Shown piece by piece: positions 61,556 through 64,000 of a stretch of 64,000 nucleotides of DNA. Source of the stretch: Bacilli bacterium. GTDB lineage: Bacteria > Bacillota_I > Bacilli_A > ML615J-28 > CAG-698. The notes under the pieces are model-generated. The model was not told where the DNA came from, made no database searches, and saw only the letters and a program-made list of their open reading frames with translations. The stretch lies in contig JBMNLZ010000003.1 of assembly GCA_050953065.1 (NCBI GenBank), forward strand, positions 224,001 to 288,000, in the 5' to 3' direction. The position numbers and the translations under genes were made by a program. Each line of letters begins with the position of its first letter. Position 1 is the first letter of the stretch.

Positions 61556-62359
61556 ATGATTAACAAATTTAGAGATTGGTTAAAAAAACAAAACTTGTCA
61601 GCAAATACGATAGACTCATATATTTGCTCAGTAAATCGTTTTTTTTCTTTTAGTAAAAAAATAACAAAGGATAAACTTTCTACATATAAACTGTTTTTAG
61701 TAGAAAATTATAAGGCTAAAACTGTAAATTTAAGAATCCAAGGTATAAATAAGTATCTTGATTTCATAGGAAAAAGCACATTTAAAATTAATTTAATAAA
61801 GATTCAACAAAAATCATTATTAGAAAATGTCATCAGTAATGCCGATTATTATTTTTTATGTAATCAATTAAAAAAGGATAAAAACATTGAATGGTATTTT
61901 GTAGTAAGATTTTTAGGAGCAACAGGATGCCGAGTTAGTGAACTAGTTGAAATAAAAGCAGAACATATAAAATTAGGTCATATTGACATATATTCAAAGG
62001 GTGGAAAGATGAGAAGATTATATATTCCTAAAATATTACAACTAGAAGCTATTGAATGGCTACAAGCTAAAGCTAAATTTACAGGCTATGTTTTTTGCAA
62101 TAGAAGAGGAACTAAACTAACAACAAGAGGTATATCACATCAATTAAAAAAACTGGCAAAGGATTATAAAATGAATGCTGATGTTGTTTATCCGCATTCA
62201 TTTAGACATAGGTTTGCAAAAAACTTCATAGAGAAATGCAATGATATTGCTTTGCTTGCCGATCTTATGGGACATGACTCTATTGAAACAACAAGAATAT
62301 ATTTAAGAAGGACTAGCGAAGAGCAACGAGAGATTGTTGATAAAATTGTTACTTGGTAA
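61556..62359 (+). CDS. Tyrosine recombinase (hsdS invertase)
   Basis: TGCRVSE, KGGK.R, HSFRH, LMGH and T.IY catalytic motifs; lies inside the inverted repeats. Confidence 0.92.
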   Translation: MINKFRDWLKKQNLSANTIDSYICSVNRFFSFSKKITKDKLSTYKLFLVENYKAKTVNLRIQGINKYLDFIGKSTFKINLIKIQQKSLLENVISNADYYFLCNQLKKDKNIEWYFVVRFLGATGCRVSELVEIKAEHIKLGHIDIYSKGGKMRRLYIPKILQLEAIEWLQAKAKFTGYVFCNRRGTKLTTRGISHQLKKLAKDYKMNADVVYPHSFRHRFAKNFIEKCNDIALLADLMGHDSIETTRIYLRRTSEEQREIVDKIVTW

Positions 62360-62379
62360 AAAATATTAGTTCTTTCAAA

Positions 62380-63498
62380 TTAACCGAAAAATTTCTTCAA
62401 TAGAATTTCCTTTAATATTATTAATTTTCTATTTTGTATCATCTTGCTTTTTATATCACAAAATAATGGTTCTATAATATTGTTAAATTTTGTTAAATTA
62501 ATTTCATTCGGGATTATAACATCATAATCAACGAATGAAGACCAATTAATTATGGGCATTTTTGTTCCTTGGGATTTAGTATTACAATGATTATGAAAAT
62601 TAAGAGAACTTATGACCCCTAAAATCCAATAATAATATTTGCTATCGTATGTTTTAAAAGAATGTACGGTTCCTGCAACATAGTTTATTTCAGTTGTGAA
62701 GCCACACTTATGAAAATAAGGACGAATTGAACCATAAAGCAATGTGTTTTCTACAAGAGTTTTAATATTAGTATTAAACAATGCTCCATCACTAAAAGTG
62801 TTTATTACCACATTATCCGAAGGCATAGATGATAGATCAATTAATTTAGATTGCCTCCATTCTTGATTCTTACATAGTTTTCCAGTTTTATATATTAATT
62901 TATCCAATTTTATAACTACCTGAGATTTTAATATAAATTTATGAAGCAAGATTTGTAAAAAGTTATTAAACTTATTAAATATATGATTGTTTGATTCGAT
63001 TAAATCATCAATACTTCCTATAGTGTCAACTATGTGTTGTTGAGTATTTAAATCAGGAATATTTATAATTATATTTTCAAATGAATTTCGGATGATTGTA
63101 TCAAAAACTCCTCCGTTCGACTGGGTTTTTAATTGCTCAACATTTTGTTTTAGCCAATAATATAAATAGAACTGATTTAATTGAGAAGATATAACTCTTA
63201 AACCATAACAGGATTGATTAAATGCCATAGATGTTCCTATTAAAGCTATTTTTCCTACTGTTCCTCTTGCTGAAATAATAATATCATTTTTTTGAAGTAT
63301 ATTTGAAGAACTATTTTGCAACCCTAATTTCGTAATATTTTTTTCTGTTGAAAAAACAAAACGATTTACAACTCCAAAATCTTTTACGGTCAGCCAAGGA
63401 ATATTTCCATTCCAATACTTGGCAACTGAAGTTTTTGGTGTTCCACCAGATATTATTTTAATGTAGTTTGTTAATTTTTTCATTTTTTCTCCAATCAT
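62380..63498 (-). CDS. hsdS: Type I R-M specificity subunit (complete two-TRD allele)
   Basis: SGGTP...YWNG.IPW, ARGTVG, central QQHIVDTIGSIDDLIE, second TRD with IRPY and GTKMP; the start could be 63483. Confidence 0.92.
   Translation of the reverse strand: MIGEKMKKLTNYIKIISGGTPKTSVAKYWNGNIPWLTVKDFGVVNRFVFSTEKNITKLGLQNSSSNILQKNDIIISARGTVGKIALIGTSMAFNQSCYGLRVISSQLNQFYLYYWLKQNVEQLKTQSNGGVFDTIIRNSFENIIINIPDLNTQQHIVDTIGSIDDLIESNNHIFNKFNNFLQILLHKFILKSQVVIKLDKLIYKTGKLCKNQEWRQSKLIDLSSMPSDNVVINTFSDGALFNTNIKTLVENTLLYGSIRPYFHKCGFTTEINYVAGTVHSFKTYDSKYYYWILGVISSLNFHNHCNTKSQGTKMPIINWSSFVDYDVIIPNEINLTKFNNIIEPLFCDIKSKMIQNRKLIILKEILLKKFFG
63002..63042 (-). repeat. hsdS recombination repeat 2 (central conserved region)
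   Basis: Inverted to 60803..60836 (34 bp) and to 63981..63999 (19 bp). Confidence 0.9.
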
Positions 63499-63527
63499 TC
63501 CTCATTTTTATAGAAAGAGGTTATAGT

Positions 63528-64000
63528 ATGATCTTATCAAAATTATGTTTAAACATTACTGACGGTACTCACAATACCGTAATTGACGATCCTAACGGTT
63601 CTTATTATTTGTTAAGTTGTAAAAACATCAAAAATGGTTCTATTATAATTACCAAAAACGAAAGAAAAATTAATAAAACAGTTTTTTTAAAACTAAACAA
63701 ACGAACTAAACTTACATTTAATGATATTTTAATAACTACTGTAGGAACCATTGGTCAATTAGCTATTATTAAAGATAAAGAAATTAAATATGAATTTCAA
63801 AGAAGTGTGGGTATAATCAAAGTAAATCCAAATATTATGTTACCAAAATATGTTTACTATTACTTGAATTCAAATGATGCCCAGTTTCAAATTTCAAGTT
63901 ATGTAAAAGGTGCTGTTCAGAAATGTCTTTTTTTAAATGATATTGGAAAAATTGATATTTTTGAAAAAAGTTTTGTTGAGCAACAACACATAGTTGACAT
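63528..64000 (+). CDS. hsdS: Alternative hsdS 5' half (N-terminal TRD), running off the window
   Basis: Not in the ORF track: MILSKLCLNITDGTHNT...VGTIG...FQRSV...GAVQ...EQQHIVD, with RBS AAAGAGG. Confidence 0.85.
   Translation, partial: MILSKLCLNITDGTHNTVIDDPNGSYYLLSCKNIKNGSIIITKNERKINKTVFLKLNKRTKLTFNDILITTVGTIGQLAIIKDKEIKYEFQRSVGIIKVNPNIMLPKYVYYYLNSNDAQFQISSYVKGAVQKCLFLNDIGKIDIFEKSFVEQQHIVD
63981..63999 (+). repeat. hsdS recombination repeat 3
   Basis: CAACAACACATAGTTGACA is the reverse complement of 63024..63042. Confidence 0.85.

Noticed and set aside
1-64000. Genetic code 4 or stop-codon reassignment explaining the split genes
   Set aside because: TGA ends intact genes, Trp is read from TGG, and the two internal stops are TAA, which is also the commonest true stop here
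52300-64000. Prophage or ICE with att sites
   Set aside because: The only recombinase lies inside the hsdS repeats; no tRNA, att duplication, phage or conjugation genes seen

Overview
AT-rich chromosomal window read in the standard code (TGA is used as stop, e.g. at 944 and 25175). Gene content (carotenoid crtB/crtI, DegV, lipoproteins, DUF2130) suggests an Acholeplasma-like Bacilli/Mollicutes organism; this is an inference. Most genes are on the minus strand. From left to right: carotenoid synthesis; a 1424-aa Ig-repeat lipoprotein; rplY; five secreted proteins, four with SipW-type signal peptides, controlled by three c-di-GMP-I riboswitches; a membrane pyrophosphatase; aromatic amino-acid catabolism (aminotransferase-iorAB-paaK-ACT); bioY; feoAB with a DtxR-family regulator; a six-gene polyamine operon; housekeeping genes; a frameshifted PAS/GAF-GGDEF-HD-GYP gene; an ECF sigma/anti-sigma pair; TetR (premature stop) with an MMPL transporter; hppA-oadB-oadG; racemase-DmpA; and a defence island (small nucleotidyltransferase + Abi/HEPN pair, DUF2075 nuclease-helicase, invertible type I R-M locus). 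The best candidates for something new are non-coding: (1) an RNA with the FMN-riboswitch scaffold but a rewritten ligand junction leading the spermidine operon (30451-30568); (2) three tandem aptamer-plus-terminator units upstream of Na+-bioenergetic genes (48556-48748); (3) a c-di-GMP-riboswitch-controlled putative fibre locus. All assignments are by eye from motifs; no database search was run.
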